Assembly: GCA_958296135.2 (NCBI GenBank)
Contig: CATQHZ020000001.1
Location: 1,248,001-1,312,000 of the forward strand
From: an uncultured Poribacteria bacterium
GTDB lineage: Bacteria > Poribacteria > WGA-4E > WGA-3G
Reading direction: 5' to 3'
Length of the DNA stretch: 64,000 nucleotides
Below, one piece after another: positions 9,241 to 18,943 of this stretch; position 1 is the stretch's first letter, and every line of letters starts with the position of its first letter. The notes under the pieces are model-generated. The model made no database searches and was not told where the DNA came from. It worked only from the letters and a program-made list of their open reading frames with translations. The position numbers were made by a program, and so were the translations under genes.

Positions 9241-10392
9241 GACTTCAACCGTCGGTGGGTTGATGAAATCGTGATATTTCTGCGCCACTTTCCCGACGGT
9301 TGCGTCGCCTGCATGAATCAGCACGCGGAAACGGAAGTGCATCTCCTCGCCTTGCTTCAAGGTGTAGGAACCGTCTTTGGATTTATCCCCCTCAAAGGTG
9401 CCGCCGCCAAAGATGTTGCTACCCATCAGCCCGTAGTTGCGGACGTGCCAGTACGTCGGATACCGCGGGTTGACGAGATGGTCGAACACGGCGATGCCGA
9501 CAGGGGTGCCATCAACTACGCCGGAATAATCGCACCAGTGGGCGCGCTTGCCCCAGGTTTCACCTTCGTTGATGCCGCCGAACGCGTTCTCTATCTTCCC
9601 GCTATCAGAGGCGTTCATTGACGGATGCACGCGGATGGACATGATGCCCCCCTCTTTGGTATCGCCAAAATGGACATCTCCGATGGAGGCGATGAAGGTT
9701 AAATCCAGATCGAGCAGCGCGGCATCTTCCGGCAAATTGTAGATGCGGAAGTTCTGCTTATCCGCCATCAGGATGTCACCTTCGCGCGTCTCCCAGGTGT
9801 TGTCAGTATAAAGCCTGCCGACGACAGAACCGCCGTGCTTTTCGGTAAATCCTTGGTGGACGACCCGGCCGGAGTTGCTGCCTTCCCCCCAGAGATCTAC
9901 GTCATTGACTTCGCCGTAGGCGACATAGAGGGAGCGGTGATGCACGTGGTCCTTCGAGATGTCGCTCGTTTCACCGCGTGTCACTTCGCGTCCTTCGGGC
10001 CCCAAAACTGGGAAGAAATAGGGGCGAAACTGCGCCTTGCCGTATCGGAAGGTTGTGAAAGGTCTGCTGTTGAGCGCGACCTCGATTGTCTCCGCCTCGT
10101 CCTTTAATTGAACGCCAGCATCTTCTGCAACGGTTCCCTCCGAGAGGGTATAAGTGCGCGAGGTGCCGGCGGCGAGGCCATTGAGTATCCATGTTAAGGT
10201 GGTATCGGTGCCATTGTCGCTGGCGTAGCACTGTGCTGCGATGACATCGCCGCTCTCTGCATCGGTTAGGACAACCTCGCGGTTTGCGAATTGGCTGATG
10301 CCGGGATGGCTGACAGTGACGTTAACGGGGCATCCATCCCTGTCGTGGAAGCCCGCGTTCACGGTGAGTGTCGGGCTATTCTGATGTGCCAT
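9223..10392 (-). CDS. DUF6807 (so-called PmoA-family) protein
   Basis: RPYFFPV, DHVHHRSL, FGDTKEGG, WGKRAHWCDYSG, YPTYWHVRNYGL. Confidence 0.82.
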   Translation of the reverse strand: MAHQNSPTLTVNAGFHDRDGCPVNVTVSHPGISQFANREVVLTDAESGDVIAAQCYASDNGTDTTLTWILNGLAAGTSRTYTLSEGTVAEDAGVQLKDEAETIEVALNSRPFTTFRYGKAQFRPYFFPVLGPEGREVTRGETSDISKDHVHHRSLYVAYGEVNDVDLWGEGSNSGRVVHQGFTEKHGGSVVGRLYTDNTWETREGDILMADKQNFRIYNLPEDAALLDLDLTFIASIGDVHFGDTKEGGIMSIRVHPSMNASDSGKIENAFGGINEGETWGKRAHWCDYSGVVDGTPVGIAVFDHLVNPRYPTYWHVRNYGLMGSNIFGGGTFEGDKSKDGSYTLKQGEEMHFRFRVLIHAGDATVGKVAQKYHDFINPPTVEVTGPRA

Positions 10393-10519
10393 AAATCTCC
10401 TTTTCCACATTACCGTAGGGCGAGGGGACGTTTCTTCGTCTGGCCCTCGCCGTGCGACGATTTGGAAACGCGGGAGGCGCGAATGCGTGTTCGCGTCTAC
10501 CCGAATCAGTCGGGAGTTT

Positions 10520-10870
10520 TTAACTATCCGCAGTCATCGCGACGATCGCTTCATCCTCGGTCTCGTATGTCTCGAAGACAGTCATCAGCCGTCCGAGGAC
10601 GAGGAGGTTTCTGATGTGCGCGCCGGCGTTGACGAGTGCTGTGCGCCCACCTTTGCGGGAGGTAGTGACGTGCGCGGAGACCAGGGTGCCGAGCCCGCTA
10701 CTATCCATCCGGGTGACAGCCTCCAGGTTAAAGAGGACCTTGGGTGATTCAAAGTGTTCCTCGAGTTCCTCGCTAATTTGCTGTCGGAGTTCAGCGTTTG
10801 CTGCCCCGATCATGCGTCCGGTGGGTCGAATGACAATGATGCCTTCTCTTTGACGTATTTCAGCTAACAT
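10520..10870 (-). CDS. STAS-domain anti-sigma factor antagonist
   Basis: VTRMDSSGLGTLV motif; 116 aa. Confidence 0.92.
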   Translation of the reverse strand: MLAEIRQREGIIVIRPTGRMIGAANAELRQQISEELEEHFESPKVLFNLEAVTRMDSSGLGTLVSAHVTTSRKGGRTALVNAGAHIRNLLVLGRLMTVFETYETEDEAIVAMTADS

Positions 10871-11187
10871 TTTTCTTCCTTTCGTGTTAACGCAATGTGA
10901 GTTTGCGTAAGTCCTGAAAATTAAAAGGTTACGATAAGGTTTGTGAAAAAACCTATTTTTATTTTATATGATTTCTATATTTTTGTCAACATGAGAGTTG
11001 TTTCATTTTAGTACGATTCAGTTTTCACAATTTATCGCCTCTTTGTAGGTGAAGTTCTCCCGATTTTGACCTGGTTGATTCGGGTTGTTTCCCAAACCGC
11101 GTGTCTTTCTGGTAGGGTGAGGGCTTGTCCCTCGCCGTGCGATGGGCGGTTGCGGGGGACAGGCCCCCGCGCTACGTTCCAAGGAGA

Positions 11188-11949
11188 TTATGGCATCAGT
11201 ATTGCGCGAACTGTCTGTCGGATTTCGGTGCAGATTCGCATTGCGTGCTCAGCGTCAGTGGCAGTCGCGAAATAGCCGGGGTACCGAGAGTCCACGGCGT
11301 GTTTGGTAAACTGTGAAAAGTCGTCGCGCCATCTGTTCCACGCGGGAAGCACCGGCACAATCAAATCCAGCAATTCCTCCAAATTGTGCGTCCTCGGCAC
11401 TGGGCGGTTTGTCTCTTGCAACCACGCCTTGAGGTACTTTTCTATTGTCTGTTGTGCGTGGAAGCAAATGTTGTCGTAGTTCGGTTTCGGTGCTTGCTGA
11501 AGCCATTTTGCGTCGGCATAATCGCCTTCGGCTTTCTCTATATACTCAAGTGTCAACGGGTTCACGAATGCCGTCTCCTTATCGTGCAATTGGCTTATTT
11601 CCCGCGTTGTTTCCAAGAAATCCTTGAGGTGGCCCCCGGATTCATAAAGCACGTTTCCTTTTTCAAGGATTTCGCGCAGAAACCAATCGTTATATGAGAT
11701 GCGATAGGCGATTTCCTCGGGTGAACGAACGTGCAAGTCCATGCGGAATCGGCGTGGGACCCGTCGTTGAATCTCCAATTTCTGCTGGTGCGTCTCCGAT
11801 TTCGGAATCGGCATGACTACCAGCAGATCGACATCGGAGTGTTCTGTCGGCGTTCCGTAGGCATAGGAGCCGAAGAGGATAATTTGGAGCGGTGCGAATT
11901 CGCGCACGATGTCATCACAAGTGGCTTGAATGTCAGTTAGGGGTATCAT
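11188..11949 (-). CDS. Fused minimal nucleotidyltransferase (MNT)-HEPN protein, toxin-antitoxin-like
   Basis: LFGSYAYG...SDVDLLV in the N-terminal half; ICFHAQQTIEKYLKA, RTHNL and SRYPG in the C-terminal half. Confidence 0.88.
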   Translation of the reverse strand: MIPLTDIQATCDDIVREFAPLQIILFGSYAYGTPTEHSDVDLLVVMPIPKSETHQQKLEIQRRVPRRFRMDLHVRSPEEIAYRISYNDWFLREILEKGNVLYESGGHLKDFLETTREISQLHDKETAFVNPLTLEYIEKAEGDYADAKWLQQAPKPNYDNICFHAQQTIEKYLKAWLQETNRPVPRTHNLEELLDLIVPVLPAWNRWRDDFSQFTKHAVDSRYPGYFATATDAEHAMRICTEIRQTVRAILMP

Positions 11950-11973
11950 GTTCTGTTCCTCCTTTTTTGTAGT

Positions 11974-12639
11974 CTAGCATGGAGGCGCGACAAATGTCAA
12001 CCGCTTAGTTATTGGCTCTGGCGATATTCGACTAATGCTGACCTGCCGGTAATTGCGACGATGCGCGCCATCAATTTCAGTGCTTAACAGCGGTTTCCAG
12101 AGTGCTTCATTTAAAGTTCCGAATCCGGTTTCTGGGACCGGTTGTTTGTCAAACCAGAGGAAGCGTGCCTGTCCGCGTCGCTGTGCCAAACGGAGTTGCT
12201 CGTCGCGTGGCATCTTGCGCTTTGTGCTTCCGACGCGGAGATAACTGCCGCCCGGGCTTTCGTGCACGTCGGATCCTTGCGGGACTGCAACGAGGAGGAA
12301 CGGTTTGCCTGCCTCTACTTCTCTGCGAAGGATAGTGGGACGAATCGGCGGTTTAATCGCGTCGGTGCAGAGCTCCACCAATATTCGCTCAAGTGCGTCC
12401 ATCTGCTCGCGCGACATGCCTTGGACTTCGCCGCTGTCGGTTACGCCGCAAAGTACGGTGCCGCCCTCTGTATTCGCAAAAGCGGCGCATTCGTCTGCGA
12501 GTTGATCGCGACGAGGGCTCTTGGGAACGTTGCCTGCGAATTCGATTTGCTTGAATTCCCAGTAGTTGTCCTCGCCGAGGCGCAATTGGCGGCGGAGCTC
12601 TTCGTTACTGAATTTTTGTGCGGTTGCAGTGTTCATCAT
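11974..12639 (-). pseudogene. AlbA_2 (Schlafen) domain protein, probably C-terminally truncated
   Basis: GEDNYWEFKQ, AAFANTEGGTVLCGVTD, YLRVGST; the sequence after LWKPLLSTE loses family character. Confidence 0.7.
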
Positions 12640-12685
12640 TCAAGGCAGAAGCATTTAGTTTTTGGGGCGAACGCCATTTTTTTCG

Positions 12686-12746
12686 GTAGGAAGGACCTCC
12701 TGGTCCCGAATCTGAAGCATCGAGACGCGGGAGGGCTCTCCTACCG
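12686..12746. repeat. Convergent GTAG-REP pair
   Basis: GTAGGAAGGACCTCCTGGTCCCGA...TCGAGACGCGGGAGGGCTCTCCTAC. Confidence 0.75.
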
Positions 12747-12761
12747 ATGAGGCAAAGCTGC

Positions 12762-14219
12762 TCAACGGCCTGCAGATGGCGGTGGCGGCCAATGAAGCCC
12801 GCGCTGTCCCGATAACGCGCGGTTGGGAGAGGGACGATAGGCTCTGTCGGGTAAACCAACGAGGGCACCGTCTTGCACCCAGTTTTCATCGCCGCCGTAG
12901 AGCTCACCGATGAGATGGTTCGTCAAGCGTTCAACGGTGTCGGCGTGCGCAGGTGAACTAGCGAGGTTATGCAATTCCCTCGGGTCTTCTTGCAAATCGA
13001 AAAGTTGCAGGTAGTTGCCGGTGGCGTAGTAGATGAGTTTGAAGCGGCCGTCGTGAATCATGCGCGTCGCGTTCGCGCCTTCGCTACATTCGCCGTATAG
13101 CCATTCCCGTTTTTCGTCGCCTACCATGGGGATGCCTACGACCGTTTCTGGGATGTCAATCCCGGCGAGGTGGAGGAGCGTGGGCATCACGTCTTGCCAC
13201 CCGACGAGTCTGTCATCAACGCGGTGATGCCCGACGCGTTCATCGCCAGCGGTGCCGACGAGGAGCATCGGGACGTTGGCGGAGTCTTCGTAAAAGAGCC
13301 GTTTCGCCCACAACTGATGGTTGCCGAGCATGTCACCGTGGTCGGATGTGAAGAGGATAAGCGTGTTGTTGAGCATGCCTTCTTCGCGCAGTGTGCCGAT
13401 GACGACGCGCAACTGATGATCGATGTGTGTGCAAAGTGCATAAAAGGCTTGGCGCGCAGACCTCACCAGGTCTTCGGTGAAATGTGCGTCTTGCAGCTGA
13501 CGCGTTTTTAACGGCCACGGCAAATTTTGGGTATCGGCTGCCCATTCGCCGCAATACGGTATGTCCACGCCGGTATCGCGATACATGTCCATGTAGCAAT
13601 GCAGCGGTGCCAAGGGGGGATGCGGGTGGCAGTAGGAGAGATACCAGAACCCTGGCCGAGTTGGGTCGCGGCGTTTGAGCATGCGCACCATTTGTTGCGT
13701 GCTCCAGTTGGTGACGTGGCAGTCTTCGGGGAGGTGCCAGGGGCGGTTGAGGTAATCGTTGTTGCACATGCCGCTGGCGAATTGCTGGCCTGCGTAGCCC
13801 CGGTCGCCGAGGAACAATTCGTAGTCGTCAACTACGCCGTGTTGCAGTCTGCCTTCTTCGCCGAGGATGACATCGTCAAATCCGATGCGGTTGCGCTGCG
13901 GATGGACGTGCAGTTTGCCGACAGCGTAGGCTTGATACCCGGTTTCCCGAAAAGTCTGTGCGATTGTCGGGAGGCCGTTTAGTCCTTGTCTGTCGTTGAA
14001 AACCCGGTCTTTGTGGGTGCGCGGCGGCGTGCCGGTCATGAGGGTTTTGCGCGCGGGGACGCAGACCGGGCATTCGCTGTAGCCGCGCGTGAAACGTGTG
14101 CCGGCACGCGCGAGCGCGTCTAACGTCGGCGTTTGGATCTTCGGGTGCCCGCTGACTCCCAAGAGGGAGTTGGGCCAGTGGTCTGTGGTGATGAGCAGGA
14201 CGTGCGGTTTTTGGTTCAT
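12762..14219 (-). CDS. Formylglycine-dependent sulfatase (choline-sulfatase-like)
   Basis: CVPAR (CxPxR), GKLH, HPHPP, TSDHGDMLG. Confidence 0.93.
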   Translation of the reverse strand: MNQKPHVLLITTDHWPNSLLGVSGHPKIQTPTLDALARAGTRFTRGYSECPVCVPARKTLMTGTPPRTHKDRVFNDRQGLNGLPTIAQTFRETGYQAYAVGKLHVHPQRNRIGFDDVILGEEGRLQHGVVDDYELFLGDRGYAGQQFASGMCNNDYLNRPWHLPEDCHVTNWSTQQMVRMLKRRDPTRPGFWYLSYCHPHPPLAPLHCYMDMYRDTGVDIPYCGEWAADTQNLPWPLKTRQLQDAHFTEDLVRSARQAFYALCTHIDHQLRVVIGTLREEGMLNNTLILFTSDHGDMLGNHQLWAKRLFYEDSANVPMLLVGTAGDERVGHHRVDDRLVGWQDVMPTLLHLAGIDIPETVVGIPMVGDEKREWLYGECSEGANATRMIHDGRFKLIYYATGNYLQLFDLQEDPRELHNLASSPAHADTVERLTNHLIGELYGGDENWVQDGALVGLPDRAYRPSPNRALSGQRGLHWPPPPSAGR

Positions 14220-14480
14220 GGGTATTCCTCTTTTGGGCGGCAGCGATGATGTGTCTCTGTCAAACCTGCCATCGTTGCTATTCGGCTATTACTGGTGCAT
14301 AACCTTTTAAGAAGTCGCCGGAGCCGTGTGACGCTCGGGTCTTCGCAAAGGTGAAGGTTTATGCATATTTTTTTGCGATACCTTACGCGTTGGATTGCGG
14401 GATTGTGTCGCGCGCAGCTATTTGTTTTAAGGATACCACAAACGGGGGATTTTGTCAAATTTTTGGGGGTTATCTCTTTC

Positions 14481-14803
14481 GTAGGGCGGGCATCGAGACG
14501 CGGGAGGGCTCTCCTACCGGTGGACAGGTTTTCCCTCGCGCTACGGGGAAAATGCTCCTTCGTCCGTAGGGCGAGGTCCTGTGCCTCGCCATGCACCGAT
14601 CGCGGTGGACAGGTTTTCTCTCGCGCTACGGGGCCGCGGAGGGTTTTTGCCGCGCGGGAGGGATCGCGAGGGACAGGCCCTCGCGCTACGGGGCCGCGGA
14701 CGTTTTCGCCGCATGAGAGAGATCGCGAGGGAGGAGGTCAGCCTGCTTATGCGGGGCAACGCAGGCTGTCTTCCATGTAGGCGTGACGGCCCTCGCGCTA
14801 CGG
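14481..14803. repeat. Mixed REP cluster (BIME-like)
   Basis: Several CCCTCGCGCTACGG and GTAGGGCG... units plus a GGAGGGCTCTCCTAC unit. Confidence 0.8.
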
Positions 14804-14861
14804 TGAAAAGGGGCCGTTTGGGAACGCGAGGGACAGGTTGTCGCTTTAAGGAAAATGAGCT

Positions 14862-16022
14862 TTATATGGACATGACCGGGGTATTTGTCAAATAGGGGGA
14901 TTGAAACCGGGTCATTTCGCCGGCTTTGAGGCCCGGCACGGGGAAGAGGCGAACGGATAGGGGTTTTGAAAGGCGCAGGGAGAGCACGGCTACGTCTGTC
15001 AGGATGGCGGTGATTTGGGCTGTGGATGCATCGCCGGGGATTGGGATTGTGTCTAATCCGGTGCCGCAGACAGCGGAGTAGAGGAGGAGGCTATCTAAGT
15101 TGAAACAACCGGCTTGGCTTCGCTGTCCTAAGCCGATGTCTTCAAGCACAGGGAGCATGAGTCCGGAATAGCCGCATAACGGCAGATGGAGTTCGCGGAG
15201 GGTGCGCGTCAAGTTTGCACAGGCGGTTAAGGTGCCGCGTTCGCCGAAGTGTCCGGGGAGTTGTGGTTCTATGGCGTAGGCGATGCTTTCGTCGCCCATG
15301 GGCGCGGGCGATACGTCTATGCCGACGAAGGGGATGTGGTGTTCTTGTGCGAGGGTTTGTGCGAGGGCGACAATCTGCTGTCCTTCTGCTTCCATGCGGG
15401 TTTTGAGGTGCTGTAGCGCGGTGTTTAAGTCAGGTGCGTCTTTGAAGGTTTGATGCACCAGGTCAGCGGCTTGCCATCCGATGCCGAAGTTGATGCGGGT
15501 GTCTTGCCAATAGGCGGCGGGGAAGAAGGGGGTGTTCGGCGGGCAGTTCATTAGGGCGGCGAAGCGGAGGTTGCCGTAGCCTTCTTCGGTTTGGTGCGCT
15601 ATCTGCTGTATGATTTGGGCGGTAGTCTCGGCGGTATGCCACGCCACATCACCGGTATGTGTTGTGAGTGTGACGGAGGCGAAGAGGGTTTGGCTTGCGG
15701 CAATGATATGGGCAAGAGAGTCAAGCGGTTTTTGTTGGTTTGCGTGCGTTCCCGGCGCGCCTACGGGATGGGATGCATCTGGGAAGATTGTGCCGAGGCT
15801 GAGGAATTCGATGCCTAACGCTTTTGTTTTTTGTTCTAAGGCGAGGAGTGCGTCTACGTCTGGGGCATCGTCCCAAACTTGACAGCTCAATCGGGTTGAT
15901 TGCACTTGATAGCCGTTTGCCTCAAAACGGGTGCGGCAGGCCTGGTTGAATTCGGCGGCGCGCTGGAGGGAGTCATGTGAGAAGGGCGATGGGATGCCGG
16001 TAGTGATGGTTCGGATTTTCAT
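14862..16022 (-). CDS. DUF711 (UPF0210) family protein
   Basis: MKIRTIT, NLRFAAL, GIDVSPAP, GYSGLMLPVLED, SAVCGTGLDTIPIPG. Confidence 0.9.
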   Translation of the reverse strand: MKIRTITTGIPSPFSHDSLQRAAEFNQACRTRFEANGYQVQSTRLSCQVWDDAPDVDALLALEQKTKALGIEFLSLGTIFPDASHPVGAPGTHANQQKPLDSLAHIIAASQTLFASVTLTTHTGDVAWHTAETTAQIIQQIAHQTEEGYGNLRFAALMNCPPNTPFFPAAYWQDTRINFGIGWQAADLVHQTFKDAPDLNTALQHLKTRMEAEGQQIVALAQTLAQEHHIPFVGIDVSPAPMGDESIAYAIEPQLPGHFGERGTLTACANLTRTLRELHLPLCGYSGLMLPVLEDIGLGQRSQAGCFNLDSLLLYSAVCGTGLDTIPIPGDASTAQITAILTDVAVLSLRLSKPLSVRLFPVPGLKAGEMTRFQSPYLTNTPVMSI

Positions 16023-16045
16023 GTTTGATGTCGAGAGGTCGCGGG

Positions 16046-16176
16046 GGACAGTGGACATCTCTGCAGCGAGGCTGCAGAGATGACAACGTTAAAGGTAGTT
16101 TGCTTTTGCGAGGCAAAACAAACACGTTTTCTGTAGGCGTGACCGTGACTGCCCGCGCGCTACGTTTTGTCCCGGT
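16046..16176. repeat. Dispersed structured intergenic element, copy 2, with an extra hairpin
   Basis: Same core as 9133-9240 plus an inserted TTTGCTTTTGC-GAG-GCAAAACAAA. Confidence 0.85.
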
Positions 16177-17137
16177 CTTCGCCGTAAAGTCCGATGTGTC
16201 GGTAGCGTTCGTATCGTTGCTGGACGAGTTGTTGTGGTGTCAACTGCATGAGTTCGGCGAGGTGTTTTCGCATTGCGCGTTTGACGTTCTGTGCGGCGGC
16301 GTTGGTGTCGCGGTGTGCGCCGCCGAGGGGTTCACGGATGACCTGGTCGATAATGCCGAGTTTGAGCAGGTCTGGGGCAGTGGGTTTATAGCCTTCAGTG
16401 GCTTCTGGGGCGTGTTCGCCTTTGTCCTTCCAGACGATGCCGCTGCATGCTTCGGGTGGTGCGACACAGTAGACAGCGTATTCCATCATGAGTACGCGAT
16501 TGCCGAGGGCTATGGCGAGTGCGCCGCCGCTGCCGCCTTCGCCGATGATAACGACGAGTATGGGGGCGCGCAGCTGCATCATTTCTGCGAGGTTTTCGGC
16601 AATGGCCATGGCTTGTCCGTATTCTTCGGACCGGAGGTCGAAGTGCGCGCCGGGTGTATCGACAAAGCAGAGTAGGGGCCGGTTAAACTTATGGGCTATC
16701 TGCATAAGCCGCCGCGCTTTGCGGTAGCCTTCCGGGTGGGTGTAGCCGAAGTTCATTTCCTGCCGTTCTTGGAGGTTTGTGCCTTTCTGCTGCGCGAGGT
16801 AGACGATGGGTTGTCCCTCGAACCACGCGAGTCCGCCGATGAGGGCTCTATCATCGCCGTATAATTTATCGCTGTGGAGTTCGATCGGTTCTTCCAAGAG
16901 CGCGTCGATGTAGACGGAGGCTTGGGGCCGCTGTGCGTGCCGTGCCAGCCGCACCTTATCCCATCGGGTGAGTGTTTGGAACGTCTGCTTTGTGAGCGTG
17001 TCAACGTTCTGTTTGAGGGCACCAATTCCTTCGGTGAGATCCAACGTCGGATGGTTCTGCGCGAAGAGCTCTAGCTGCGTGAGGTGGTGTTCCAGCTCGA
17101 TGAGTGGTTTTTCAAATTCTAATTCTGTTGCGTTCAT
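16160..17137 (-). CDS. accA: Acetyl-CoA carboxylase carboxyltransferase subunit alpha
   Basis: LEFEKP, PEGYRKARRLM, VDTPGA, GEGGSGGALA, EPLGGAHRD. Confidence 0.96.
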   Translation of the reverse strand: MNATELEFEKPLIELEHHLTQLELFAQNHPTLDLTEGIGALKQNVDTLTKQTFQTLTRWDKVRLARHAQRPQASVYIDALLEEPIELHSDKLYGDDRALIGGLAWFEGQPIVYLAQQKGTNLQERQEMNFGYTHPEGYRKARRLMQIAHKFNRPLLCFVDTPGAHFDLRSEEYGQAMAIAENLAEMMQLRAPILVVIIGEGGSGGALAIALGNRVLMMEYAVYCVAPPEACSGIVWKDKGEHAPEATEGYKPTAPDLLKLGIIDQVIREPLGGAHRDTNAAAQNVKRAMRKHLAELMQLTPQQLVQQRYERYRHIGLYGEDRDKT

Positions 17138-17164
17138 GGTGTTTATCCTTAGTGAAGGGCGTTT

Positions 17165-17755
17165 TTATGCGTTTTCGGCTTCGTGAGAAAATGTGATGCG
17201 CCGGTAGATGTCGTGCAGTGGCAATTTGCATCCGATTGAGGGGAGCAGTAGCACTGCGTCCAAGGAGCGATAGTTGCTGAGCCTCCACTGTGCGCCGTGT
17301 CGTCGATAGTGTTCGATGTGCACGCTGTCTTGCGCGATGAGGAGGTATTCTTGCAAGGATGCAAGTTGCTTGTAGCGGTTGAACTTCTCGCCCCTGTCAT
17401 ACGCCTCGGTTGAAGGCGAGAGCACCTCCACGATAAGAATCGGGTTGAGGAGGGTATCTAGGACATCGTCCTCAAATTCGGGTTCGCCGCAGACAATGAC
17501 GACATCGGGGTAGAAGTAGGAATCGTCGGGGCTCGGGCGCACCCGCATATCGCTGCTAAAAATGTCGCAATCCCGCCCTATTAATTGAGGGTAAAGCCCA
17601 TAAAATATATCCCCGGTGATGCGATTATGTGAGCGGCTTGCACCGGACATAGCGATGATTTGTCCGGTGCGGTATTCGCTTTTGTATTCGGCTTTTCGTT
17701 CCAAAGCGAGGTATGCCTCGGGGGTGAAGTATGTTTGTGCTGCGACGGTTGCCAT
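17165..17755 (-). CDS. Uma2 (DUF820) family endonuclease, copy 4
   Basis: MATVAAQ...KSEY...AMSGAS...YPDVV...VEVLSPST...DRGEKF; GGAGG upstream. Confidence 0.92.
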   Translation of the reverse strand: MATVAAQTYFTPEAYLALERKAEYKSEYRTGQIIAMSGASRSHNRITGDIFYGLYPQLIGRDCDIFSSDMRVRPSPDDSYFYPDVVIVCGEPEFEDDVLDTLLNPILIVEVLSPSTEAYDRGEKFNRYKQLASLQEYLLIAQDSVHIEHYRRHGAQWRLSNYRSLDAVLLLPSIGCKLPLHDIYRRITFSHEAENA

Positions 17756-17766
17756 GTCTGCCTCCG

Positions 17767-18345
17767 TTAATCTGTCATTGTGATACGCCGGTAGATGTCG
17801 TGCAGTGGCAATTTGCATCCGATTGAGGGGAGCAGTAACAACACTGCGTCCAAGGAGCGATAGTTGCTGAGCCTCCACTGTGTGCCGTGTCGTCGATAGT
17901 GTTCGACGCGAACGCTGTCTTGCGCGATGAGGAGGTATTCTTGCAAGGATGCAAGTTGCTTGTACCTGTTGAATTTTTCGCCTCTGTCATACGCCTCGGT
18001 TGAAGGCGAGAGCACCTCCACGACAAGGATCGGGTTGAGGAGGGTATCTAGGACATCGTCCTCAAATTCTTGTTTCCCGCAGACAATGACGACATCCGGA
18101 TAGAAATAGGAATCGTCGGGGCTCGGGCGCACACGCATATCGCTGCTAAAGACTTCGCAATCCTTGCCTCTTAACTGGAGGTTCAGTTCCGTTGAGATAT
18201 CCAGCGTGATACGATTATGTGAGCGGCTTGCGCCGGACATAGCGATGATTTGTCCGGTGCGGTATTCGCTTTTGTATTCGGCTTTTCGTTCCAAAGCGAG
18301 GTATGCCTCGGGGGTGAAGTATGTTTGTGCTGCGACGGTTGCCAT
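17767..18345 (-). CDS. Uma2 (DUF820) family endonuclease, copy 3
   Basis: Same motifs; GGAGG upstream. Confidence 0.92.
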   Translation of the reverse strand: MATVAAQTYFTPEAYLALERKAEYKSEYRTGQIIAMSGASRSHNRITLDISTELNLQLRGKDCEVFSSDMRVRPSPDDSYFYPDVVIVCGKQEFEDDVLDTLLNPILVVEVLSPSTEAYDRGEKFNRYKQLASLQEYLLIAQDSVRVEHYRRHGTQWRLSNYRSLDAVLLLLPSIGCKLPLHDIYRRITMTD

Positions 18346-18356
18346 GTCTGCCTCCG

Positions 18357-18932
18357 TTAATCTGTCATTGTGATGCGCCGGTAGATGTCGTGCAGTGGCA
18401 ATTTGCATCCGATTGAGGAGAGCACCAACACTTCCTCAAGAGTGTGATAGTTGCTGAGCCTCCACTGTGCGCCGTGTCGTCGATAGTGTTCGATGTGCAC
18501 GCTGTCTTGCGCGATGAGGAGATATTCTTGCAAGGATGCAAGTTGCTTGTACCTGTTGAATTTTTCGCCTCTGTCACGTCCCGCAGTAGAAGGCGAGAGC
18601 ACTTCGACGATAAGAATCGGGTTGAGGAGGGTGTCAAAGGCATCATCCTCAAATTCGGGTTCGCCGCAGACAACGACGACATCCGGATAGAAATAGGACT
18701 CTCGCGGATTCGGTCTCACCCGCATATCGTTGGTATGGACTTCACATCCTCGTCCCTTGAATTGGAGGTAAAGTTCGCCTGATATATTTGTAACGATGAG
18801 ACTATGTTTACGACTAGCGCCGGACATAGCGATGATTTGTCCTGCGTGGTATTCGCTTTTGTATTCGGCCTTTCGCTCGATTTTGATATATTCCTCGGGG
18901 GTGAAGTATGTTTGTGCTGCGACGGTTGCCAT
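18357..18932 (-). CDS. Uma2 (DUF820) family endonuclease, copy 2
   Basis: Same motifs; GGGAG upstream. Confidence 0.92.
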   Translation of the reverse strand: MATVAAQTYFTPEEYIKIERKAEYKSEYHAGQIIAMSGASRKHSLIVTNISGELYLQFKGRGCEVHTNDMRVRPNPRESYFYPDVVVVCGEPEFEDDAFDTLLNPILIVEVLSPSTAGRDRGEKFNRYKQLASLQEYLLIAQDSVHIEHYRRHGAQWRLSNYHTLEEVLVLSSIGCKLPLHDIYRRITMTD

Positions 18933-18943
18933 GTTTGTCTCCC

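Noticed and set aside
9223-10392. Particulate methane monooxygenase
   Set aside because: The protein is soluble with no TM helices and there are no pmoB/pmoC genes; the PmoA label of this family is misleading.
14216-14895. Several 70-140 aa ORFs between the sulfatase and DUF711 genes
   Set aside because: They consist of REP repeats and promoter sequence and show no protein-like features.
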